Positions 8,336 through 16,518 of a stretch of 41,732 bases of DNA are shown piece by piece. Position 1 is the stretch's first letter. Every line of letters starts with the position of its first letter. A program made the position numbers and the translations under genes. The notes beneath the pieces are model-generated. The model was given only the letters and a program-made list of their open reading frames with translations. It was not told where the DNA came from and did not search any database. Source of the DNA: Acidothermaceae bacterium (lineage in GTDB: Bacteria > Actinomycetota > Actinomycetes > Acidothermales > Acidothermaceae); assembly GCA_035653855.1 (NCBI GenBank), contig DASRZB010000223.1, positions 1 through 41,732 on the forward strand, given 5' to 3'.

Positions 8336-9127
8336 ATGGCAGCCCGATTGGCGGTAGTGACCGGCGCGAGTCGCGGTATCGGACGCGCGTTAACGGAGCG
8401 GCTTGCTTCGGCCGGCCAGACCGTGGCGGCGATCGCGCGGTCCGCTGCTGACCTCGAGGACCTGGCTGCTGCGACCGGCGCCATTCCCTTCCCGCTGGAC
8501 GTCAGTGACCCGGCCGGTGTTGAGGACGTCTTCACGCGCATTCTCGCCGAGCTCGGCGTTCCCGATCTGGTGGTGAACAACGCGGCGATCTCCGGCGGCA
8601 GCGGTCTGACCTGGGAACTGCCCGAGCAGGACTGGTGGCGCGTCTTGGAGATCAACGTTCGGGGCACCTATCTATGCACACGCGCAGTTCTGCCGGCCAT
8701 GATGGCCCGCGGTAGCGGCCGGATCGTGAACGTGTCATCTGGTGCGGCGACGTATCCAGTAGGCCTCGACAATGACGGTCAACTGACCTCGGCCTACATG
8801 GCAAGCAAGGCCGCAGTGAACCGCTTCACCGAAGCCGTCGCGGGGGAGTGCTTTAGTGCTGGAGTACGGGTGTTCTCGATGTCGCCAGGAATGGTCAAGA
8901 CAGACATGACCGCCGAGGTGTACCCCGAGATCTGGGACGCCGAAGACGACTGGACGCCGATCGACTTGCCCGTCGACCTGATCGTGGATCTCGACGCCGG
9001 AATGCTCGACGCCCTGTCGGGCCGCTACTTCCGTGCCGCCGTCGATGACTGGCGCTCGTTGGCCGCTCGAGCAGCCGCCGTCATCGACCTCGATACCCAC
9101 GCGCTTCGCGTGCGTGCGCTGCCCTAG
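8336..9127 (+). CDS. short-chain dehydrogenase/reductase (SDR)
   Basis: MAARLAVVTGASRGIGRA (TGxxxGIG), NNAAI, and YMASKAAV (the YxxxK catalytic motif). Confidence 0.9.
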   Translation: MAARLAVVTGASRGIGRALTERLASAGQTVAAIARSAADLEDLAAATGAIPFPLDVSDPAGVEDVFTRILAELGVPDLVVNNAAISGGSGLTWELPEQDWWRVLEINVRGTYLCTRAVLPAMMARGSGRIVNVSSGAATYPVGLDNDGQLTSAYMASKAAVNRFTEAVAGECFSAGVRVFSMSPGMVKTDMTAEVYPEIWDAEDDWTPIDLPVDLIVDLDAGMLDALSGRYFRAAVDDWRSLAARAAAVIDLDTHALRVRALP

Positions 9128-9177
9128 CAGGGATCGCTCAAGCCTTTCATTGCAATGTTGCTAATTGCCGCCGTACC

Positions 9178-9213
9178 CTCTAGCCGTTGAGGTCCTATAA
9201 CGGCTATTCTCCC
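9178..9213 (+). promoter_or_regulatory. 36-bp conserved operator-like element, copy A (TAGCCGTT-N10-AACGGCTA dyad overlapping a TATTCT -10-like hexamer)
   Basis: The sequence CTCTAGCCGTTGAGGTCCTATAACGGCTATTCTCCC is 33/36 identical to 21312-21347. The arms at 9181-9188 and 9199-9206 are perfectly complementary. It lies in the non-coding gap upstream of the ABC importer genes. Confidence 0.6.
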
Positions 9214-9341
9214 AAACCTGGATGCCGGTGCTCCGTTCAGCTCTGGCGGCAGGACGCGCCTAACGGCGTGGCCAAGGCACGAGGTAAGCCGTGGAGGCGG
9301 ACTCCCCTGGTAGATCGAACCGGACTGAAAGGAACGGATTT

Positions 9342-10760
9342 ATGAATCGACGCTTCTTAACGGCAGCCGTCGCGGCCGCGGCCGCGTTGGGGCTTGCCGC
9401 GTGCTGGAGCAGTTCAAGCAATAAGAGCGCACCCAGCAGCGCGGGTACGACAACTGCCGCCAGTTCGGCGGCGGCCGCTAGCTCTGCCGCGGCCCCCAGC
9501 ACCGCCCCAGCTAGCTCGGCCCCGGCCGCCAGTTCAGCTCCGGCCGCGAGTACGCCCCAGAGTCTGACGGTCCAGACCACTGCCTACTACGAACCGCTGG
9601 AAAGGGCCGTCGGCACGCAACTTGAGGCGCAGAACCCGGGCCTCAAGATCACCTACCAACAGGTCAGTGCCCAGCAGGAGACCAGCACGAACCTGCAGGT
9701 CGTGACGTCAAGCTCCGCCCCCGACGTGGCCGACACGCCGATCAACGGCAACGTCTACCCGCAGCTGATCAAGTCCAACCAGCTGCTCCCGCTGGACGAC
9801 GTCTGGACTGCCGACAGCCTGCAAGAAGGCTACGGCGCATCCGTCGCCAACTCCTTGAAGGTGAACGGAACGGCGTACGTCGTCGACTTCAGCAACGTCT
9901 ACTACGGTTTCGCGTGGTACGACAAGGACATCTTCGCGAAGCTAGGCATCCCCGACCCGGTCAACCACTCGATTGCCACGATGGCTGACCTGAAGAAGAT
10001 CACGGACGCGTTGCGCAAGGGTGGCGACCAGCCGTTGCTGATCCCCGGCGGCGGAGAGCAGTACTGGAACTGGATGACGGACGCATTCCTGCCAACGTCG
10101 GCAACGACGGACCAGTTCAACAACTACATTACGAACTTCAACCCCAACGTGCCGGTGACGGTCAGCTACGCGGATCCCGAATTCGCCGCCACGTTCGACC
10201 GGTTGAAGGAGATGTACAACGACAAGATGTTCCAAGACGGTGTGCTCGGCATGAACAACGCGTCGACCCAGGCGCTGTTCGCGTCCGGCAAGGCTGGCAT
10301 GATCATGGGACATGCACTGACTCCCAACGCCGTCGACAAGCTCGCAAACAAGACGTTGAATCTCGATTGGGTGCTGCTGCCCCCGATCAACGCCAACCAG
10401 CCGTCGTTGCCCATCGTCTACAACGGAAACACGTTCTCGATTCCGAAGAACGCGAAGAACCCTGACATGGCGAAGAAGTACCTCGAGCTTCTTCTGAGTC
10501 CTGGTATCCAGCAGCAGATTCCGACCCTGGTGTCTGGCGCAATGCCCGCCACGAAGGTGTCAGGCACTGTCCAGGACCCGTACGGGCTGCTCAAGTACGT
10601 TGCTGACAATGGAGATTACGTAGGCTGGGCAGCGGTCACGCCCGGTGACCTCAACCAGATCGACTCCAAAGTTCAGGCGGTCCTGACCGGCCAGGCGACT
10701 TCCAAGCAGGTTGGCCAGCAACTCGACGCCGTCGTGAAGAAGCTCCGCGCAGGTTCGTAA
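9342..10760 (+). CDS. ABC transporter substrate-binding lipoprotein (family 1 / CUT1 carbohydrate type)
   Basis: Track ORF starts at 9291. I prefer ATG 9342 (MNRRFLTAAVAAAAALGLAAC...), which has AAAGGAA upstream, a signal peptide and a LAAC lipobox. An Ala/Ser/Pro linker follows. Overall length and the two downstream permease genes fit a CUT1 system. Confidence 0.85.
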   Translation: MNRRFLTAAVAAAAALGLAACWSSSSNKSAPSSAGTTTAASSAAAASSAAAPSTAPASSAPAASSAPAASTPQSLTVQTTAYYEPLERAVGTQLEAQNPGLKITYQQVSAQQETSTNLQVVTSSSAPDVADTPINGNVYPQLIKSNQLLPLDDVWTADSLQEGYGASVANSLKVNGTAYVVDFSNVYYGFAWYDKDIFAKLGIPDPVNHSIATMADLKKITDALRKGGDQPLLIPGGGEQYWNWMTDAFLPTSATTDQFNNYITNFNPNVPVTVSYADPEFAATFDRLKEMYNDKMFQDGVLGMNNASTQALFASGKAGMIMGHALTPNAVDKLANKTLNLDWVLLPPINANQPSLPIVYNGNTFSIPKNAKNPDMAKKYLELLLSPGIQQQIPTLVSGAMPATKVSGTVQDPYGLLKYVADNGDYVGWAAVTPGDLNQIDSKVQAVLTGQATSKQVGQQLDAVVKKLRAGS

Positions 10761-10773
10761 CCCACATCGCGAA

Positions 10774-10804
10774 GTCGCCGGTGGTCCAACGGGCCACCGG
10801 CGAC
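10774..10804 (+). promoter_or_regulatory. intercistronic GC-rich stem-loop between the binding-protein and permease genes
   Basis: GTCGCCGGTGG (10774-10784) pairs perfectly with CCACCGGCGAC (10794-10804) across a 9-nt loop. No U-tract follows, so it is more likely an mRNA-stabilising or attenuating hairpin than a full terminator. Confidence 0.5.
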
Positions 10805-10829
10805 ACGCCGAGCAAGGGCACATCAAACT

Positions 10830-11738
10830 GTGACATCCACGAAGGTAATCCGGCCCGAGGGTGGCCGGCGGAACAAGCTGACTTCGCCGTTGGCGATACT
10901 GCTCAGTCTTCCCGCAATCGTGGGGATCGTTGTGGTGTATCTCGTGCCGTTCATCGGCACGATCCGGATTTCGTTCTCGAACTGGGCCGGCGTTGGCCGA
11001 CTCAAGCCGGCCGGCACGGCGAACTATCGCGGCCTGCTCTCGGACTCCACCTTCTACTACTCCCTGCGTATCACGCTGCTGTTCGCGGTGGTGATCACAG
11101 TCGGAGTCATGGTGCTCGCTACTGGCACGGCGATGGCGGTGCGGAACGGACGCGTAGCAAACGTGCTGCGAGTGATCTGGTTCCTGCCGGCGATCGCGCC
11201 ACCCACGGCGATCGCCGTGTATTGGGGCTTTAGCTTCCAGCCGATCTCGGGAGCCGTCAACGGGGTTCTCGGCAAGCTCGGTCTCGGCAGCGGACACGCC
11301 TGGCTGGCCTCGCTTAACGAGGCCCGTTGGGCGGTCATGGGCGTGGCGATCTGGGCGGGCGTGGCGTTTCCGTTCCTGGTGCTCGTCGGTGCGATTGCTC
11401 GGATTTCACCGAATCTGTATGAAGCCGCCGACCTCGACGGTGCTCAGAGATGGCGGCAGGCCTGGCACATCACGCTGCCGATGATCCAACCCGTGCTGGT
11501 GATGATCACCGTGCTGGAACTGATATGGAACTTCAACTCCTTCACGTTCATCTGGGCGATGACCAGGGGCGGCCCGGTGTCGAGTACGTCCACGCTGCCG
11601 GTGCGCCTGTACTCCGATGCGTTCGTACACTTCGATTTCGGCGAGGCGTCGGCAATCGGAGTGATGGCCAGCGTGGTGCTGGTTGCTGCGGGACTTATCG
11701 GTCTTCGCTTCGCTAACTCTCGCAGCGATACCGCATGA
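10830..11738 (+). CDS. ABC transporter permease (MalF/CUT1-type)
   Basis: 302-aa multi-TM protein with a binding-protein-dependent transport signature region (AADLDGAQRWRQAWHITLPMIQP). GTG start. Confidence 0.85.
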   Translation: MTSTKVIRPEGGRRNKLTSPLAILLSLPAIVGIVVVYLVPFIGTIRISFSNWAGVGRLKPAGTANYRGLLSDSTFYYSLRITLLFAVVITVGVMVLATGTAMAVRNGRVANVLRVIWFLPAIAPPTAIAVYWGFSFQPISGAVNGVLGKLGLGSGHAWLASLNEARWAVMGVAIWAGVAFPFLVLVGAIARISPNLYEAADLDGAQRWRQAWHITLPMIQPVLVMITVLELIWNFNSFTFIWAMTRGGPVSSTSTLPVRLYSDAFVHFDFGEASAIGVMASVVLVAAGLIGLRFANSRSDTA

Positions 11739-12574
11739 AACTCCGTTCCTTGCCCGGCGCTGGCAGCTCCGCGCTCGTCAAGCTCGTGTGGACCCTCATC
11801 ATCCTGGTCCCGTTCATCTCGATGATCCTGCTGGCGTTCCGATCGCTTGCAGCCCTTTACAACGACCCGCTCGGCCTTTCCGGCGCCTGGGTTCCAGGGA
11901 ACTTTCGAGAGGCATGGGATGGCCCCCAGGGTGGATCGGGGTTTTCCATCTACGCGCGCAACTCGGTGATCGTCGCGGTCGAGGCGGTGGCGATATCCGC
12001 GGCCTTAGGGTCGTTCGCTGCGTACTTCACGGCGACGCTTGCCCCGAAGTGGCGTCGCCGCGCGATGATCCCAGCTCTAATCGCCCAGACCGTTCCCGGC
12101 ATCGCCTTGGTGATCCCGTTCTTCCAGGCCTTCAACGCGCTCGGCACGCTCAGCAGCCCGGTCGCGCTCGGCGTCCTCTATGGCCTTCTGTGTCTGCCGA
12201 CGACGGTGCTGATCCTCCACGCGTTCTTCGTCGATTTCCCCAGCGACGTACGGGAGGCAGCGGCGATCGACGGCCTCGGCCCGGTCGGGACATTCCTTCG
12301 CATTGTCCTGCCGCTCTCGATCGGATCGTTGGGAACCGTGTCCCTGCTGAACTTGATCTGGGTGTGGGGCGAGACGCTCATCGGCTTGGCCTTGCTTGAG
12401 AACTCGGCTTCTCAGACCATTTCGATCGGGCTGCTCTCGTTCCAAGACAAGTGGCTCGCGAATCCCGGGGCTTTGTTTGCGGGGTTGGCGATGGCGACCG
12501 TTCCCATCACCCTCATCTACCTGATTTTCCACCGTTCGATCAACAGCGGTGTGTCGCTCGGTAACATCCGCTGA
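11735..12574 (+). CDS. ABC transporter permease (MalG/CUT1-type)
   Basis: 279-aa multi-TM protein with EAAAIDGLGPVGTFLRIVLPL (EAA loop). ATGA overlap with the upstream permease gene. No ATPase gene follows. Confidence 0.85.
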   Translation: MKLRSLPGAGSSALVKLVWTLIILVPFISMILLAFRSLAALYNDPLGLSGAWVPGNFREAWDGPQGGSGFSIYARNSVIVAVEAVAISAALGSFAAYFTATLAPKWRRRAMIPALIAQTVPGIALVIPFFQAFNALGTLSSPVALGVLYGLLCLPTTVLILHAFFVDFPSDVREAAAIDGLGPVGTFLRIVLPLSIGSLGTVSLLNLIWVWGETLIGLALLENSASQTISIGLLSFQDKWLANPGALFAGLAMATVPITLIYLIFHRSINSGVSLGNIR

Positions 12575-12577
12575 TCG

Positions 12578-13798
12578 CTACGAGCGCGGAGCGGGTCGAT
12601 CAATTCCCGTATCCGTAACCGGAACTGCCGTGTAACTCAAAGACAGGTACGGAGTTGGAACAGTCCGACGCTCGCGTCGCGCACGCAAGGCTGCCTCCAT
12701 GACGCCGGTTGTTAGCAACGTCCTGGCAATCGGGTAAGGACTGCGGCCGGTCAGCATCAGGCTCTCGATCTGTCGGGTCAAGAAGGTGAAATTGCCGTGT
12801 GCGGGATCGCCGAGCCAGGCTTCCATCGCGATGGTCGTTTCGGGTCCGCGGACAGCGCCGGCGACACGGTGACTCGCCGGCAAGTCGAGGTTGACAACTG
12901 TGAGAGTGGTGCCGTCCAAGTAGTCGACAAGGAAGAGGTCGTCAGCGTTGCTGCCGATGAACGAGATCGGGTCATCGGTCTTGATGGCCAGCGCCTCCAA
13001 TGCCTTCACCAGCAGCTCGGCGTCACGGGGCACGGCTGCAAGCGATGCCGCGATCTTCGATCCGGTGATGGCAGTGACCGCTGCCACGCCGGTCTCGCCG
13101 CCACGCCGACGCTCCAAGAGAGCTTGGACAAATTCAAGGTTGTGGAACCCGCTCATTTCGGTAGGCCGGCAGCCCGGTTCCGATGCCGCGATGCTCACGA
13201 CTGCTGCGCCGGTTACCGGTGAGCCCATCGGCCAGTCGGCACCCTGTGGTATGCGCCACGTCAGCGGCACAGACGAGCCTGCCGACAGCGGAACTCCTAG
13301 GCGGTCGGCATCGGAAACCATGCTGGCCGCATCGATGAAGCTCCAGGCGAGATGCTTGTCAACAAAGACGGGCACCTTCCGGCCTGCGGCGACCATCGCG
13401 GCCACGCTTGCGTCGAACATGCGCCGCCGTGGATAAAGCTTTTGCTCGAACTCACCCCAGCCGTAGTCCCCGTGTTCGCCGATGATCACCACGCCATCGA
13501 CATTCACTCCCGTACCGCCGAGCGAGAGCGCCTCGCCCACGGAGCCGAACAAGGGAATCCCGTGTGAAGTCAGCGTTCTCACGCCTATGTCGATGCACGA
13601 GGTGGGCTCGTTGTCGCTCGAACCGAGTTGCTCGAGATAGACCGATGCGACCTCGATCCGCGCCTGCTGGTGCACGCCGTCCCAGGTATAACCGTCGAGT
13701 AGCCGACCGAGGATGACATCGGCGTGCGACCCCGCGAAGTACACCGAGCACAGCACAGCGACTCGAGGGCGCTCGCCGACGCTAGCGGACATTGACAT
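12578..13798 (-). CDS. hypothetical protein (406 aa); Gfo/Idh/MocA-like layout but no GxGxxG motif
   Basis: Strong GC3 bias. It is the last gene of the minus-strand SDR-mutarotase-dehydratase-M24 unit. The N-terminus (RVAVLCSVYFAGSHADVILGRL...GIPLFGSVGEAL...VDGVVIIGEHGDY) is arranged like a Rossmann-type sugar oxidoreductase, but I see no dinucleotide-binding glycine motif. Function unknown. Confidence 0.6.
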   Translation of the reverse strand: MSMSASVGERPRVAVLCSVYFAGSHADVILGRLLDGYTWDGVHQQARIEVASVYLEQLGSSDNEPTSCIDIGVRTLTSHGIPLFGSVGEALSLGGTGVNVDGVVIIGEHGDYGWGEFEQKLYPRRRMFDASVAAMVAAGRKVPVFVDKHLAWSFIDAASMVSDADRLGVPLSAGSSVPLTWRIPQGADWPMGSPVTGAAVVSIAASEPGCRPTEMSGFHNLEFVQALLERRRGGETGVAAVTAITGSKIAASLAAVPRDAELLVKALEALAIKTDDPISFIGSNADDLFLVDYLDGTTLTVVNLDLPASHRVAGAVRGPETTIAMEAWLGDPAHGNFTFLTRQIESLMLTGRSPYPIARTLLTTGVMEAALRARRERRTVPTPYLSLSYTAVPVTDTGIDRPAPRS

Positions 13799-13852
13799 GA
13801 CTCCTCTTTGATTCGTTCGTCGAATGACGCTGGTTGACCGACAGGACGCCGA

Positions 13853-15025
13853 TCACGTGGCTCGCGGATACTGCATGAACTCCCGCGGGAACTGAGTCAG
13901 GGCCTCGCAGCCGTCGGCCGTGATGAGCACGGTTTCTGAGATGGCGACACCAGCGACGTCTGGGATGAGCACGTTCGGAACCAAGTGAAAGACCATGCCT
14001 GCTTCCAATGGACGCGTCTCCAGATCCTGCAAGCTGTAGATGTGCCCTTCGCCCCAGTCCGGTGGGTAACTAACACCAATGGAGTAGCCGCTTCGGTTGC
14101 GGTGGACATCGCCCCAGCCGGCGGCCTTGATGGCCGCTCGACCAACCTGGTGTACCTGTGCGCCGGTGATGCCGGGTCGGATGGCCGCCATTAGCGCCTC
14201 AAGAGTCTCGGTAACGACGCCCAGCGCCCGTTCAATTATTGGTCGATTCTCGGCGGGAGGCTCGCTCACCGCGCCGATCCGGATGAGGCCAGACCCGTAG
14301 CGGCCAGCGCTGCCGCCGGTCTCGAACCACAGCATGTCGCCTGGTTGCAGCACGCGGCCGCTCCAGGTTTGGTGGGGCATGAATGTACGCGGCCCACTCG
14401 ACACGAACTGCGCAAGACTCGGATACGTCGACCCTGCCGAGATCATGCGGTGGTAGATCGCCGCTGCCACGTCGTCCTCGGTCGCGCCGGGAACCGATGC
14501 TTCGAACGCGGCAGTCATCGCCGCCTCCGTGTATCGGCACGACTGCCGGATCAGGCCGATCTCGGCCGAAGACTTCACCAGCCGCAGTGTTTCCACCAGC
14601 CCGTCTAGCGGAGCCACTCTGTCTCCAAGCCGATCGGCGACGTGGGTAGCAATCGCTGGTGAGACCGCCCACGTCTGCGATTCCGTCCCGATCCGAGTTC
14701 CGAACTTGGCAGCTACGCCCGCGACGACTTCCGCGACGTCTTCGTGATCGAGATATCCAACGGAGTTGGTCACCCATGTCTGAGCCGCAACGTTGGGGGA
14801 CTCAAAGTGCCGGACAACCAGCGCCGGGTCGGAATCAACGGATGCGATCAAACATTGCGGATAGTAGTAGCCGAGGGTGTCGTAGCCCGTCATGTAATAG
14901 ATGTTCTCGGGCGCCCAGCTCAGCAAGGTGTCGATCCCTGCATCGGCCATCGCTGCCTGCAACCTGCGATACCTGTCGCGGTGCTCATCATGTGATATCT
15001 CGAAGTGCATGACTCGGCTGACCAT
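13853..15025 (-). CDS. M24-family metallopeptidase (creatinase / Xaa-Pro aminopeptidase-like)
   Basis: The N-terminal domain resembles the creatinase/prolidase N domain (RYRRLQAAMADAGIDTLLSWAPENIYYMTGYDT). The C-terminal part resembles a pita-bread fold (GDMLWFETGGSAGRYGSGLIR...HRNRSGYSIGV...MVFHLVP). I chose the ATG at 15025 because GAGGA lies 4 nt upstream. ATG 15010 is also possible. Confidence 0.8.
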   Translation of the reverse strand: MVSRVMHFEISHDEHRDRYRRLQAAMADAGIDTLLSWAPENIYYMTGYDTLGYYYPQCLIASVDSDPALVVRHFESPNVAAQTWVTNSVGYLDHEDVAEVVAGVAAKFGTRIGTESQTWAVSPAIATHVADRLGDRVAPLDGLVETLRLVKSSAEIGLIRQSCRYTEAAMTAAFEASVPGATEDDVAAAIYHRMISAGSTYPSLAQFVSSGPRTFMPHQTWSGRVLQPGDMLWFETGGSAGRYGSGLIRIGAVSEPPAENRPIIERALGVVTETLEALMAAIRPGITGAQVHQVGRAAIKAAGWGDVHRNRSGYSIGVSYPPDWGEGHIYSLQDLETRPLEAGMVFHLVPNVLIPDVAGVAISETVLITADGCEALTQFPREFMQYPRAT

Positions 15026-15032
15026 CCAATCC

Positions 15033-16163
15033 TCAGAGAGCGAACGCGACGGAACCGTCGGCTCGCAGCGGAACTTCGTCATGCAGTTCGTCCCCTATGA
15101 ACCCGATGTGCTCGGGAAGCTTGTCGAAGTCGACACGTACGCCCAAACCAGGAGCGGATGAGACCGTCATGTGCCCGTCGTCGACCTTCCAGTCGGTCAC
15201 GAACGAATCGCCGAACAGTGCCTGCATCTCGGGGCAGTGCTCGTGCGTCAAGAGGTTGGGGATGGCCGCGTCGACGCTCAGCGTTGCGGCGTCCGACACG
15301 GGGCCGAGATAGTTGTGCCAGCTCACTTGGGCGTGATGCGCTTCGGCAATGGCCGCGATCTTTCGGCCGGCCGAGATCCCGCCGGACATGTTGACATCAG
15401 CGCGCACGACAAACGGGCCGTGCCTCGACAACGCTTCCCGCACTTCCCACATCGACTGCCAGCGCTCGCCCAACCCCAGCGGGACGCCGAGAGGTATAAG
15501 CCCGGTCTGAACGTCGATCGTGTCGATCTGGATCGGATCCTCAATGAACAGCGGACGAAATGGGCGCAGCGCATCAACGAGAGCGGGAAGCTGATGCGGG
15601 CTCAGCGATCGATGTACTTCAGCGATCATGTCGACTGCGCCGCCGGTCGCGTCTCGGATTGCCGTCAGTCGCGTGACGGCCACATCGACAAGCTGTGGCA
15701 ACGAGTGATCCCGTGCCGCCGAACCGAGCGGGTCGAACTTGACCGCCGTGAAGCCCTCATCGGCCACCGATCGCGCCGCCTGCGCCAGCGACTCGGCATC
15801 GTCGCCCTCGATCATTCGGTGCAACCTAATCCGGTCGCGGAACGGCCCACCGAGCAACTCATGGACCGGCACCTCGAGTCGTTGGCCCAACAAGTCCCAC
15901 AACGCGACGTCGATCGCGCTCACAGCGGAGGCGATCACGGCCCCGCGAAACGGGCCCATCCGCCACATCATGTGCCAGTGGTGTTCGATCTTCCGGGGGT
16001 CCTTACCGACCAGATAGCGAGCAAATGTCTGCACCGTTGCTTCGACGCTCGCAGGGAAGGCCCAACAGACCGACTCGCCCAAGCCGGTCAAGCCGTCATT
16101 GGTATCCACTGCAACCAGCAGCGCATCTCCGGCGCGGTGGGTGCGAATCTCGGTGATCTTCAA
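15033..16163 (-). CDS. enolase-superfamily enzyme (mandelate racemase/muconate-lactonizing family; acid-sugar dehydratase-like)
   Basis: LKITEIRTH...GLTGLGE...HHWHMMWRMGPFRGAVIASAVSAIDVALWDLLGQRLEVPVHELLGG resembles the D-galactonate/mannonate dehydratase subgroup. I moved the start to TTG 16163, which has GAGGAA 9 nt upstream and lies just after the mutarotase stop. Confidence 0.85.
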   Translation of the reverse strand: MKITEIRTHRAGDALLVAVDTNDGLTGLGESVCWAFPASVEATVQTFARYLVGKDPRKIEHHWHMMWRMGPFRGAVIASAVSAIDVALWDLLGQRLEVPVHELLGGPFRDRIRLHRMIEGDDAESLAQAARSVADEGFTAVKFDPLGSAARDHSLPQLVDVAVTRLTAIRDATGGAVDMIAEVHRSLSPHQLPALVDALRPFRPLFIEDPIQIDTIDVQTGLIPLGVPLGLGERWQSMWEVREALSRHGPFVVRADVNMSGGISAGRKIAAIAEAHHAQVSWHNYLGPVSDAATLSVDAAIPNLLTHEHCPEMQALFGDSFVTDWKVDDGHMTVSSAPGLGVRVDFDKLPEHIGFIGDELHDEVPLRADGSVAFAL

Positions 16164-16176
16164 GGGTGTCGGTTCC

Positions 16177-16518
16177 TCACAGCCGAAAGACTCGCGCTGC
16201 GAACAACGGTTGGTTGTGCTCGTCCTGGTACGCCACAAACAGCGGCTCCATAAGAACGTCCCACTCGTAGACCCGCTGCCGAATCTCTGGACTCAGATCG
16301 GGCTCGGGCGCGGCAATGTCACGAGTCCAGACGGAAATCACCAGGTCACCGCGCCGGTATATCGAATAGTCGGAGATGCCCGAGGCGTGCAGCGATTCCA
16401 ATACCTCTGGCCATACGTTGGCGTGGTATTCGTCGTACAGCGGACCTTGACCGGGGACGAGTTGGTAGATGAAGCACTCCGTGCGCACAGTGGAGTTCGC
16501 GGCCGAGGCTTCGCTCAT
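16177..16518 (-). CDS. L-rhamnose mutarotase-like (RhaM/YiiL, DUF718) protein
   Basis: 113 aa. YDEYHANVWPEVLESLHASGISDYSIYRRGDL matches the RhaM pattern Y..H...WPE....L...G...Y.IY. ATGA overlap with the upstream SDR gene. Confidence 0.75.
   Translation of the reverse strand: MSEASAANSTVRTECFIYQLVPGQGPLYDEYHANVWPEVLESLHASGISDYSIYRRGDLVISVWTRDIAAPEPDLSPEIRQRVYEWDVLMEPLFVAYQDEHNQPLFAARVFRL

Noticed and set aside
9260-9580. 106-aa minus-strand ORF with AGAELAAGAELAG repeats
   Set aside because: It is the mirror image of the Ala/Ser linker region of the binding-lipoprotein gene, not an independent gene.
15171-16253. 360-aa plus-strand ORF
   Set aside because: It is antisense to the enolase-superfamily gene. 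Its composition is the Arg/Gly/Pro-rich type of a high-GC shadow ORF.
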